Notes under the pieces: model-generated
What the model was told of the DNA's origin: nothing
The model's input: the letters and a program-made list of their open reading frames with translations, nothing else
Database searches by the model: none
Shown here: positions 29,499-38,524 of the stretch, one piece after another
How positions within the stretch are numbered: the stretch's first letter is position 1
How the letters are laid out: the number at the start of each line of letters is the position of its first letter
Source: Chloroflexota bacterium
GTDB taxonomy: Bacteria; Chloroflexota; UBA11872; VXOZ01
Reading direction: 5' to 3'
NCBI GenBank assembly: GCA_012270555.1
Contig: JAAXIC010000048.1
Location: 52,686 to 116,685 of the forward strand
Length of the DNA stretch: 64,000 bases
Made by a program: the position numbers and the translations under genes

Positions 29499-30575
29499 AT
29501 GGCAAAAACGTACCGCGCCGCACTTATCGGCTGCAGCCGCATGGGAGCGTTCATCGACAATGAACACCAAGACTATCGCCCGATACCGCTGCCGTATTCC
29601 CATGCCGCCGGCTACGAGGCGTGCCCGCGCACCGATCTCGTGGCGGGCGCCGAACTCCGTCCGGAAGTGCTGGAAAAGTTTGGCGAACGCTACAACGTGG
29701 GTTCCGACCACAGGTACACCAATTATCGCGACTTAATAGCCCACGAGCAGCCGGACATTCTCAGCATCGCCACGCAGCCGGAGCAGCGCTGCGAGATCAT
29801 CCTGCATGCCATCGAGGCCGGTGTCCGTGCGCTCTATGTAGAGAAGCCTCTCTGTGCCTCGGTCGCGGAGGCGGAAGCCATTCGCGATGCAGTGCACGCC
29901 AACAACGTCGCCTTTAGCATGGGCACCAACCGCCGCTGGCACAATGGATTCGCGGCTATGCACGCCAAGATTCACTCCGGGGACTTTGGCGAGTTGCGCA
30001 CCCTCATAAATTACTGTACCGGTTCATTCTTCAATGGGTTCAGTCACTCCATTGACCTCTTCATGTTCCTCAATAACGACGTGACGCCGCAATGGGTACA
30101 GGCCTATGTCTTTCAGTTCGATGAACTCGTTGTAGGCAACGAAGTACTGGAAGACCCGGCGGGCACAGGCACCATAATGTATGCAAACGGGGTCTTCGGC
30201 TATGGGCTGGTCAGTCCCAGGCGCGCCGAGGTCGAGGCGGTATGCGACACCGGTATGATTGAGGCGTTGGACAACGGCGTGGAATTTCGTACGCGCAGCA
30301 AAGAAATGGACTCGTCTCAGGACGAGCCAAACCTCGCATATGAACGGAAAAGTTCAACTTTGCTCCTCATCGAGGATCTCGTCCACGCGCTCGACACTGG
30401 CAAGCCGACCCGTGGCGGCGCGGACGTGGCCTATTGGAATACCCAGGTCATCTTTGGCCTGATCGAATCGCACCGGCAGGGAGGCGCGCGGGTGGAGCTA
30501 CCTCTCACCAATCACGATTTGCGCTTCATTCGCCACGACCGCGCCGCTAGCCAACCGACGTACACGCCAATCTAG
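29499..30575 (+). CDS. Gfo/Idh/MocA oxidoreductase (paralog B)
   Basis: Same length (358 aa) as paralog A and largely identical to it; GFSHSID replaces TSSHYFD. Confidence 0.9.
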   Translation: MAKTYRAALIGCSRMGAFIDNEHQDYRPIPLPYSHAAGYEACPRTDLVAGAELRPEVLEKFGERYNVGSDHRYTNYRDLIAHEQPDILSIATQPEQRCEIILHAIEAGVRALYVEKPLCASVAEAEAIRDAVHANNVAFSMGTNRRWHNGFAAMHAKIHSGDFGELRTLINYCTGSFFNGFSHSIDLFMFLNNDVTPQWVQAYVFQFDELVVGNEVLEDPAGTGTIMYANGVFGYGLVSPRRAEVEAVCDTGMIEALDNGVEFRTRSKEMDSSQDEPNLAYERKSSTLLLIEDLVHALDTGKPTRGGADVAYWNTQVIFGLIESHRQGGARVELPLTNHDLRFIRHDRAASQPTYTPI

Positions 30576-30672
30576 CGGTTATTGAGCAGCGACCTAGCAA
30601 GGACCGGACAGCGACTACAGTGCCAGTTCAGAATTCCGACAAGTCTCATCGAATCGAAAGGCATTAAGGAAC

Positions 30673-31650
30673 ATGGCTGACATGATGTGGCGGGTTGGCA
30701 AGCATGAGGGTTTGGGTAACATCGTGATGGAACAGGTGCCCATTCCCGATCTCGGCCCCAAAGAAGTGCTCGTGCGCGTCCATAGGAGCCTTATCAGCCG
30801 CGGCTCGGAGCTCTGGAGGCGCTACGTCATGCCCGGGCCGGTGGACCCCCGCAGTATGGGATATTCTACGGCAGGCGTCGTAGAGAAAGTGGGCAGTGAG
30901 GTGACCAGGTTTGCGCCCGGTGACCGCGTCTCTTGCACCGCGCCCCACGCAGAATATGCGGTTGGCGACGCGAGTGCCGCCGCAAAGCGGCGGGTGGTAC
31001 ATCTCCCGGACGACGTGCCTTTTGTTGACGGGACGTTTCAACCCCTTATCACCAGCTCCATTGGCTGGACTGCCACCGCCGGCATTCAGCCGCAACACAC
31101 CGTAATAATCCTGGGTCTTGGCCTGGTCGGCAACCTCGTCATGCAAGCCGCGACCCGCTTCATGCCCGCGCTGCTCTGCAGCATCGACATGCTGCCGATT
31201 CGCCGCAGACTGGCGGAAGAGCGGAACATGGGAACTATCATCGACGGTGCCGCGCGCGATCCGGTGGAGTCCGTCTTGGAACTGACGGGTGGAAACGGCG
31301 CAGACATCGTGATCGATTGCGTCGGCGGCCGTGCGGGCATAAAGTCATTTGCGCAGGCCCAGGACATGATGGCCGCCGGCGGTCTGCTGCAGATCATCGG
31401 CCTCTACCACGACGGCCCGCTGCCGCTGGACGCCGCCAAGATGCAGCGCAAGCGCCTGATTGGCGGCTACTTGATGGAAACTGACGTGGACGCCAATGCC
31501 CGCGCGGCTATGGAGGCGCTCTCCAACGGCCTCATCCAAGCCGCGCCCCTCGTCACCCACCGCTTCCCGGGTAACCAGGCGAAACAGGCATTCGACCTGC
31601 TCTACGAACACCCAGAAGACGCCATGGGCGTAATAATGGAGTGGGCGTAG
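30673..31650 (+). CDS. MDR/zinc-binding dehydrogenase family (YcjQ-like, no structural Zn loop), paralog A
   Basis: SLISRGSE, GYSTAGVV, LGLGLVG, GADIVIDCVG and LVTHRF. Confidence 0.88.
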   Translation: MADMMWRVGKHEGLGNIVMEQVPIPDLGPKEVLVRVHRSLISRGSELWRRYVMPGPVDPRSMGYSTAGVVEKVGSEVTRFAPGDRVSCTAPHAEYAVGDASAAAKRRVVHLPDDVPFVDGTFQPLITSSIGWTATAGIQPQHTVIILGLGLVGNLVMQAATRFMPALLCSIDMLPIRRRLAEERNMGTIIDGAARDPVESVLELTGGNGADIVIDCVGGRAGIKSFAQAQDMMAAGGLLQIIGLYHDGPLPLDAAKMQRKRLIGGYLMETDVDANARAAMEALSNGLIQAAPLVTHRFPGNQAKQAFDLLYEHPEDAMGVIMEWA

Positions 31651-31677
31651 CTGACAGCGGCCCTCTTGCCACGTCTC

Positions 31678-31830
31678 TGGTGGCGCAGACTAGCAACCTG
31701 CGAACCGAGACCTGCCATTGCTCCGGTAGCGCAGGTTTGCAATCTGCGAGTCAAGCCCTGCCATCGCTCCCGGTTGCGCAGACATGCAACCTGCGGAGAA
31801 GCACCCTCACCCCCGTATCAAGTACGGGGC
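31678..31830. repeat. BIME-like mosaic: three family-A REPs at 46-47 bp spacing plus a family-D copy
   Basis: GTGGCGCAG at 31680, GTAGCGCAG at 31726 and GTTGCGCAG at 31773. Confidence 0.75.
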
Positions 31831-32057
31831 AGGCTCTAACTCATTCCCTTGAGATGCCTTTGCGCAACCCAATCCCCATGATGGGGGAAGGCCGGGAATT
31901 GGATGAAAAGGAATGACACTATGCTAGCTAGTAGTGTAAGCGCTCCCCTGGATTCGCGGGAATGACCGCCATGTCCATTTACAATCTTAGTTCCAATCCC
32001 GCAGAGCGAGAATTAGCAGTCGAATTGTGCTTCACGTAACTAAAGGATGGGATAGCG

Positions 32058-33035
32058 ATGTCTGACATGATGTGGCGGGTTGCCAAACATGAAGGTCTGG
32101 GCAATATCGTGATGGAGCAGGTGCCCATACCCGAACTCGGTCCCAATGAGGCGCTCGTGCGCGTCCATGCGAGCCTCATCAGCCGCGGCTCGGAACTCTG
32201 GAAGCGCTACATCGACCCCGGGCCGATTGATCCTGGCAGGATGGGGTATTCTACCGCGGGGGTAATAGAGAAAGTGGGCAGCGATGTAACCTGGTTTGCG
32301 CCCGGGGACCGCGTCTCCTGCGCCGCACCCCACGCCGAATACGCAATCTGGGATGCTGGGGCTGCCGTCAGCCGGCGCTTAGCGAAGCTGCCGGACGACG
32401 TGCCGTTAGTTGACGGCACCTTTCAACCCCTCGTCTCGAGTTCCCTTGGCTGGACTGCCGCCGCCGGCATTCAGCCTCAGCACACGGTAGTGATTCTGGG
32501 GCTTGGCTTGGTAGGCAATCTTGTCATGCAGGCCGCGACCCGCTTCATGCCCGCGCAACTGTGCGGCGTGGACGTGCTGCCCAATCGTCGTGGGCTCATG
32601 GAACAACTGAGAATTGGTACGGTGATTGACGGCGCCGCCCGCGATCCGGTCGAGTCCGTGCTGGAACTCACGGACGGGAAGGGAGCGGACATCGTCATCG
32701 ATTGCGTGGGTGGGCGTGCCGGAGTGAAGTCTTTTGAGCAGGCGCAAGACATGCTAGTTGCCGGCGGCTTGCTACAGATAATCGGCCTCTACCACGACGT
32801 CCCGCTACCGCTGGACGCCAGCAAGATTCAGGGCAGGCGCCTACTTGGTGGCCATTTACCGGACACCGACTTGAACGCTGCGGCCCGTGCCACAATGGAG
32901 GCCCTTTCCAGCGGTCTAATACGGGTCGCACCGCTTGTTACCCATTACTTTCCGGGCAATCAGGCGAAAGAAGCGTTTGATCTGCTCTACGAGCACCCCG
33001 AAAGTGCCATGGGCGTAATTCTGGAGTGGACGTAG
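32058..33035 (+). CDS. MDR/zinc-binding dehydrogenase family, paralog B
   Basis: Same length (325 aa) as paralog A and largely identical to it. Confidence 0.88.
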   Translation: MSDMMWRVAKHEGLGNIVMEQVPIPELGPNEALVRVHASLISRGSELWKRYIDPGPIDPGRMGYSTAGVIEKVGSDVTWFAPGDRVSCAAPHAEYAIWDAGAAVSRRLAKLPDDVPLVDGTFQPLVSSSLGWTAAAGIQPQHTVVILGLGLVGNLVMQAATRFMPAQLCGVDVLPNRRGLMEQLRIGTVIDGAARDPVESVLELTDGKGADIVIDCVGGRAGVKSFEQAQDMLVAGGLLQIIGLYHDVPLPLDASKIQGRRLLGGHLPDTDLNAAARATMEALSSGLIRVAPLVTHYFPGNQAKEAFDLLYEHPESAMGVILEWT

Positions 33036-33060
33036 CTGGCACGAGACCAGTTGCGCATCG

Positions 33061-33132
33061 TCTCCGGTAGCGCAGGTTTGTAACCTGCGGAGAGGCACCC
33101 CCACCCCGGGCCTTTCCTCGAGGCAGAGGGAA
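33061..33132. repeat. REP family A + family D after paralog B
   Basis: Mirrors the arrangement at 31768-31830. Confidence 0.75.
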
Positions 33133-33179
33133 TGCCAAGCATGGTCTTAGGCTACGCGTGGCACTTCTAAGCTGACCGC

Positions 33180-34370
33180 CTACTCTCCCGCCAGCGCCCG
33201 CGCGCCCGGCATCGCAGCCTCAATGCGCTCCGCTGCGGCCATGAGATTTTCCAAAGAGTTCGCGAAGGAAAACCGCACGTAGCCTTCGCCCGCCGCGCCA
33301 AAGCCCGTGCCGGAGAGCGAAGCCACCCCGGCTTCTTCCAGCCAATACTGTTCCAGACGCGCCGAGCCTACGCCGAGCTCTTTCACGTTGCAGAAGGCAT
33401 AAAATGCCCCTTCCGGCACAAGGCACGAGAGGCCGTCAATGGCATTAAGCGCGCCAATGAAGGCGTCGCGGCGGCGGCGAAACTCCGCCACCATTGCATC
33501 TACCGAATCCTGAGGGCCCGTGAGCGCCTCGATACCGGCCATCTGCGTAAAGCTCGCCGTGCATGACGTGGCGTTATTGAGGATCAGCCCGATCTTCTCA
33601 GCGAGAGGCTCCGGCATCACGCCATAGCCCAAGCGCCAGCCCGTCATCGCGTAGGTCTTCGAGTGACCGTCCAGCAGGATTGTCTGTTCCTGCAAGCCGG
33701 GATGCTCCAAAATGGAAGCGTGGCTGCCTTCGTAGACTATGCGGCTGTATATCTCATCGCTCAGTACCCAAATCGGCTTGCCCCGTATCATGTTGGCGAT
33801 CTCGCCCAATTCTTCCGCCGTGAACACCCCACCGGTGGGATTGTGCGGCGCGTTCAAGATTATGAGCCGTGTCTTGTCGGTGATGCTGTCACGCAACTCG
33901 TCCAGGTCCCAGCGGAACTGCCGCTCTTCGTAGAGGGTCAACGGCACCCTGGTAGCGCCGGCGAAGCGCAGCATCGAATCATAGGTCGGAAAACCGGGGT
34001 CAGGATAGATTGCCTCATCACCGGGATTTACCGTCGCCAAGATGCTGGCAAACACGATAGGCTTCGCACCGGGCGTGACGACGACGTTTTCCGGCGAAGT
34101 CTCAACTCCCCATCCCTCATGCACATAATCGGCGATAACCTCCCGGAACGGCATCAGGCCGGGCGTGGGACCGTAACCCGTATGCCCGTCCCGCAGCGCC
34201 TGCACGCCGGCCTCGACGATGTTTTCAGGCGTGGGGAAATCCGGCTCACCGATTTCCAAGTGGACGATGTCTTTTCCAGCCCGCTCCAATTGCCGGGCGC
34301 GCGCCAGGACGGCAAACGCCGATTCTCCTTTCAACAGGTCTGTGCGCGCGGCAATGATAGGGACAGCCAT
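33180..34370 (-). CDS. PLP-dependent aminotransferase class I/II (aspartate aminotransferase-like)
   Basis: LEIGEPDF, NAPHNPTG, LSDEIY and GHSKTYAMTGWRLG (PLP Lys). Confidence 0.93.
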   Translation of the reverse strand: MAVPIIAARTDLLKGESAFAVLARARQLERAGKDIVHLEIGEPDFPTPENIVEAGVQALRDGHTGYGPTPGLMPFREVIADYVHEGWGVETSPENVVVTPGAKPIVFASILATVNPGDEAIYPDPGFPTYDSMLRFAGATRVPLTLYEERQFRWDLDELRDSITDKTRLIILNAPHNPTGGVFTAEELGEIANMIRGKPIWVLSDEIYSRIVYEGSHASILEHPGLQEQTILLDGHSKTYAMTGWRLGYGVMPEPLAEKIGLILNNATSCTASFTQMAGIEALTGPQDSVDAMVAEFRRRRDAFIGALNAIDGLSCLVPEGAFYAFCNVKELGVGSARLEQYWLEEAGVASLSGTGFGAAGEGYVRFSFANSLENLMAAAERIEAAMPGARALAGE

Positions 34371-34492
34371 CAATCCACTCCTTTTCCCCGGTCCTTAATC
34401 TAGATCAATTGTACTGGTTCCCCTAAGCCCCGCCAACACTGTGCTAAACTCGTCATACGAATGGCGTTCACCTGTATGCTGAATGGAAACTC

Positions 34493-35461
34493 ATGGCGCT
34501 CGCATCAATGCCCCAGGACCCACGGCTGTTCCGCATTACTGCCATTTGGAATTGGGACAGTATTGTTGAACTCTTCTTCATTAACGGCCCCACGCGGGCG
34601 CTCATCGACACTGGCGCTTCCTATACGCCTCGAGAGTTCGTGGAACCTGCCCTGCGGTCGCTTGGCCTCGAGCTCACCGACATCGACGTTATCCTCAACA
34701 CCCACGGGCACCAGGACCACATGGGCGGCAATCACGCGCTGCTCAACCAGATAAATGCACAGGTCTACATGCATCGCGAAGATGCCTTCTTGGTCGCAGA
34801 CCTCGAAGCGCACATGGAATACATCTGGCATGCGGACAAGCGCGTCCTCGGCCAGGATCTCAGCGCGCGGCGGGCGCAATTCCTGCACACGGTCACCGGC
34901 CCCTCGGCCGTACACCGCAAACTTGAAGACAACGAGATCGTAGATCTCGGCGACGACATTCAGCTTCGCGTGGTCCATCTGCCGGGACATTCCCCAGGCA
35001 GCATTGCCTACCATTGGGAAGAAAAGAAAATCGCCTTCGCCGGTGACGCCGTGCAAGGGTATGGCAGCAAGCCGGGCACGTTTCCCCTCTACTACACGGC
35101 GCGCGGGTACGAGCGATCCATGCAGAAGTTGGCGTCGCTTCAAATCGAGACTCTGGCGCTCGCTCATCGGTACCTCTGGACCCAGGATGCGCGGGATGCA
35201 CTCCGCAGCGGCAAGGCTGCGGAGCAGACCGTCCAGGATAGCATCGCGGTGACGCGAATGATTCACCAGTCGGTACGGGAAGCACTCAAGGCTCATGCCG
35301 GCGCCGGATTCCTGCCGGTGGCGCTTGCCGCGACGCAAACACTGGCTGCCGCGTTGCCGTTCACAATCGAGCCGCGCACGGGACTGCCCACCGGTTTACC
35401 AGCTACCCTCTATGCTCACTACACAGAATTGACGGGTGAGAGCGGCGGTGCAGCGTCCTAG
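34493..35461 (+). CDS. MBL-fold metallo-hydrolase
   Basis: LIDTG, THGHQDHMGG, PGHSPGS, AGDA and LAH. Confidence 0.92.
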   Translation: MALASMPQDPRLFRITAIWNWDSIVELFFINGPTRALIDTGASYTPREFVEPALRSLGLELTDIDVILNTHGHQDHMGGNHALLNQINAQVYMHREDAFLVADLEAHMEYIWHADKRVLGQDLSARRAQFLHTVTGPSAVHRKLEDNEIVDLGDDIQLRVVHLPGHSPGSIAYHWEEKKIAFAGDAVQGYGSKPGTFPLYYTARGYERSMQKLASLQIETLALAHRYLWTQDARDALRSGKAAEQTVQDSIAVTRMIHQSVREALKAHAGAGFLPVALAATQTLAAALPFTIEPRTGLPTGLPATLYAHYTELTGESGGAAS

Positions 35462-35495
35462 CGACGGCGGCACATGTTCAAAGTTTTCGCACAGT

Positions 35496-35527
35496 CCGTA
35501 CATGGTTCGACAGGCTCACCACGAACG
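35496..35527. repeat. REP family B copy
   Basis: CCGTACATGGTTCGACAGGCTCACCACGAACG. Confidence 0.7.
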
Positions 35528-35580
35528 AACTGTGCTGTGGATCCCGCTCTCTCAGCCAAGGCCTGATGCTCAACAACCGG

Positions 35581-35609
35581 TTGCCTGCCCCCACGCCGCG
35601 TGATAGAAT
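35581..35609 (+). promoter_or_regulatory. Sigma70 promoter of tRNA-Leu
   Basis: TTGCCT-N17-TAGAAT with an extended TG, about 19 nt upstream of the tRNA. Confidence 0.7.
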
Positions 35610-35628
35610 CCCGCTGGGGATAGACAAA

Positions 35629-35715
35629 GCCGAAGTGGCGGAATTGGAAGACGCGCTACGTTCAGGGCGTAGTGGGCCTTGCGCTCGTGAGGGTTCGAAT
35701 CCCTCCTTCGGCACC
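35629..35715 (+). tRNA. tRNA-Leu(CAG)
   Basis: Acceptor stem GCCGAAG/CTTCGGC, D-arm GGAATTGGAAGAC, anticodon arm CTACG-TTCAGGG-CGTAG, long variable arm and T-arm GGTTCGAATCC. The 3' end is ACC(T), so CCA is incomplete. Confidence 0.97.
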
Positions 35716-35769
35716 TCATAGCGCTGGTGGCTCGCGCAACCATCCAACAGTGAGACGCTGGGAGAAACA

Positions 35770-36606
35770 ATGAGCGATCAGGAATCCGATCAGTTAGGCC
35801 CACTATTCACGCGGTACGTGCAATCGGTGGGCGTAGCCAGACTGAATGGTGAAGAAGCGCAGCATCTCCGCAGGTTTGTCAGTTGGTGCGGCCCGGACAC
35901 CCGTATCGGGGCAATCTACCCCCATCAACTTCAGGCCTATCTCGACCAGGTAGCCACATCCGCCGCCGACCCCAAACCGTGCGCCAGCGCGCTACGCACG
36001 TTCTTCTCCCACGCCAGCAAGGCCGGCTGGGTAGAAAACAACCCAGCTACCGGACTAAGAATTACCAAACGAAGCACGAAGAGCGATCCGCGTGCTGCTG
36101 CCGCCCAGACCGGCAACACCTTCATCAGCCGTAAGCGGTACGACGAGTTGAGTGTTGAGCTAGAGCAACATAAGGGCGAAGGGCGCGAACGCATCAGCCG
36201 GCTCCTGCATGCCGCCATCAAGGATGGCGACCTGCGCGAGAATGCCGCCTACGATGAGGCCAAGTACCAGCAGGGTATGCTGGAGGCCCGCATTCGAGAA
36301 TTGGAGCAAACCCTCCGCACGAGCACGATTACCGAAGAAGAAAAACAACCGACAGACGAAGACAGTGATGGTGCCGCCGACGAGGGCATAAAGATCGGCA
36401 TGCGCGTTGAGTTAGAGCCCATCGACGGCAGTGAAACGATTGCCTACCAGCTCGTGGGACCGTCGGAAGTGGATCCGCTCGAAGGTCGGATCTCCTACCT
36501 TTCTCCCGTCGGCGCGAGCCTCCTCGCCAAGCGCGCGGGGGACACGGTTGCTGTGGAAACACCCGCGGGCAGCGAGACGTACCGAGTCTTGAGCTACTCT
36601 TTCTAG
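35770..36606 (+). CDS. greA: Transcription elongation factor GreA with an N-terminal integrase core-binding (SAM-like) extension
   Basis: C-terminal half has GDLRENAAY..AK..Q..LEARI.ELE and EVDPLEGRISYLSPVGASLL. N-terminal ~110 aa include SALRTFFSHASKAGWVENNPATGL. Confidence 0.88.
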   Translation: MSDQESDQLGPLFTRYVQSVGVARLNGEEAQHLRRFVSWCGPDTRIGAIYPHQLQAYLDQVATSAADPKPCASALRTFFSHASKAGWVENNPATGLRITKRSTKSDPRAAAAQTGNTFISRKRYDELSVELEQHKGEGRERISRLLHAAIKDGDLRENAAYDEAKYQQGMLEARIRELEQTLRTSTITEEEKQPTDEDSDGAADEGIKIGMRVELEPIDGSETIAYQLVGPSEVDPLEGRISYLSPVGASLLAKRAGDTVAVETPAGSETYRVLSYSF

Positions 36607-36855
36607 CCGGTCTTGGGTGTCGCCAACCGCATTACGCTCTGCAGCGTAGCGCAGCCGTGCCGTGCATCATCTTAAACCAACTCCAGCGCACGGAACCGGG
36701 AACAAGCATTGCAGCGACTGCCGCAAAAGCTGCCTCCCTCGGTAACTACGGTCCCTCGCTTGCCTTGCCAATGCTTGTGAGCGCGTCTAGTACAGCCTCC
36801 AATTGGCTGGTACAATACGAGTGTACCCGCCGGAGTTCGTCCACCAGAGGATGCC

Positions 36856-37284
36856 ATGATCGAGACCATAGCCACCGTCCTAAACTACGTTCTTGCCTTC
36901 CTCATTGCCTACGCGATTGCGCTGTGGATCGCGCTCGCCATCTGGGCCTTCTATGACATTCGCACACGGACCAACGATATCTTGGTGCAGCTCTTTTCGG
37001 TCCTGCTCGTGCTTGCCTTCAATGTATTCGGTCTCATCCTCTATTTGTTTCTCCGTCCCAAGGAGACGCTGGCAGAGGCAAACGTATTGGCGCTGGAAGA
37101 AGAGAGCTACCTGGCCGAAAGCGAAGCGATGTCTCGCTGTCCCAATTGCAACTATCGCTTGGAAAACGACTACGTGCTCTGTCCAATGTGCCAGATGGAA
37201 CTAAGAAAGCGCTGTACCGGCTGCCGTAACCTCGCGGACTTGCAGTGGAATGTGTGCGCTTACTGCGGCACACCGGTGCACTAA
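36856..37284 (+). CDS. Membrane protein with a double zinc ribbon
   Basis: Two or three N-terminal TM helices, then CPNC..CPMC..CTGC..CAYC. Confidence 0.85.
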   Translation: MIETIATVLNYVLAFLIAYAIALWIALAIWAFYDIRTRTNDILVQLFSVLLVLAFNVFGLILYLFLRPKETLAEANVLALEEESYLAESEAMSRCPNCNYRLENDYVLCPMCQMELRKRCTGCRNLADLQWNVCAYCGTPVH

Positions 37285-37380
37285 GCGCTCTTAGGCCCTG
37301 CAGCGTGACTAAAGGCGGCTTCCGGTCACAAACCCTGTACTTTCCTCTCCTAGACATCGCTTGTTTGCCTAAGGAATACC

Positions 37381-38151
37381 GTGCCTTTCAACCCCAATCA
37401 GGATACTGAAAGCCAGCCGCTGCCTTCACCGCCCGCTGCATCTGATGCTTCCAGGATTGCGGTCCGCGAGTGGCCGGTAGCAGAACGCCCGCGCGAGCGC
37501 TTGCGCGACCTTGGCCCGGCCCACCTCTCCACGGCGGAATTGCTTGCCATCATCCTGCGCACCGGCACGCGGGAGAATTCGGTAGTTGCCCTCGCGCAAG
37601 GGATGTTAGACAAATTCGGCGGGGCCGGAGGTTTGGCCCAAGCAAGCTTCCGCCAGCTAACCCGGTTTCCCGGTGTTGGTGAGGCCAAGGTAGCCCAGTT
37701 GAAGGCGGCGTTGGAGCTTGGCCGCCGCGCCAGCGCAAGTACCCAGCCCGAACTGCCAATAATTCGCTCAGCCGCTGACGCAAAGCGCTACTTGCTCTCC
37801 GACTTTGTGGATGAAGAGCAGGAGAAATTCCTCGTTGTTCTGCTCGACACGAAGCATCACGTCGTGGGCAAAGAGGTCCTCTATCGCGGCACGCTAAACC
37901 AGACAGTTATTCGCCCCGCCGAGGTGTTTCGTGAGGCGGTGCGCGCCAACTGCGCGTCGGTGCTCGTCGCCCACAACCATCCGAGTGGCGATCCGACCCC
38001 TTCTGCCGACGACGTCGCCACCACGGCCCGCTTGGAGAAAGCCGGTGATCTCTTGGAAATCAAGCTTGTCGATCACATCATCATGACACGCGATGCGGCG
38101 CTCTCGCTGCGGGAGAAGGGGCTTGGGTTTGCCAGCCGCCACACAAATTGA
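37381..38151 (+). CDS. radC: RadC (UPF0758) JAB-domain protein
   Basis: ERPRERL, LSTAELLAIILRTG, GVGEAK and AHNHPSGDPTPSADD. Confidence 0.95.
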   Translation: MPFNPNQDTESQPLPSPPAASDASRIAVREWPVAERPRERLRDLGPAHLSTAELLAIILRTGTRENSVVALAQGMLDKFGGAGGLAQASFRQLTRFPGVGEAKVAQLKAALELGRRASASTQPELPIIRSAADAKRYLLSDFVDEEQEKFLVVLLDTKHHVVGKEVLYRGTLNQTVIRPAEVFREAVRANCASVLVAHNHPSGDPTPSADDVATTARLEKAGDLLEIKLVDHIIMTRDAALSLREKGLGFASRHTN

Positions 38152-38213
38152 GGCCCTGTCTCACCCGCATAGACGCGCGGAGGCGTGCCATAGTAACGCG
38201 AATGTGAGTTCTT

Positions 38214-38400
38214 AGAGCCTATTTACAATCCTCTCGTCTGGGCGCGCAACGTTCGCCCTGAGCCTGTCGAAGGGTGAATGGGACCGTGAAAAGTTAGCGG
38301 ATCGCCGTTCGTACTTCGACAGGGGCTTCGCGCAGCCCTCAGCACGAACGGCTTTTATCGGCAATGCAAACTTCATCTGGAAAGAACGCAAACAGGCTCT
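38214..38400. mobile_element. MITE-like element with 13-bp imperfect terminal inverted repeats, carrying two family-B palindromes
   Basis: Left end AGAGCCTATTTAC (38214-38226); right end GCAAACAGGCTCT (38388-38400), 11/13 complementary. A partial second copy lies at 40958-41053. Confidence 0.6.
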
Positions 38401-38524
38401 TTAAAGAGCGTGCGAGTTGCAAGTCCGACTGAGCGCGGCCTCGTTGCTGAACAAGGCATGCAGTTCGCCGTGCAGTGCTATGCTATAGGTAGAACGAACC
38501 CGATGCCCTGGGGAGGAAACCGCC

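Noticed and set aside
31678-31795. Three regularly spaced repeats as a possible CRISPR array
   Set aside because: The repeats are degenerate, the spacers are only about 20 bp, the same unit occurs singly elsewhere as a REP, and no cas genes are present.
35629-36100. Integrative element or prophage at tRNA-Leu, suggested by the integrase-like domain
   Set aside because: No catalytic recombinase domain and no duplicated tRNA 3' end (only a 10-bp match at about 18631); the downstream genes are housekeeping.
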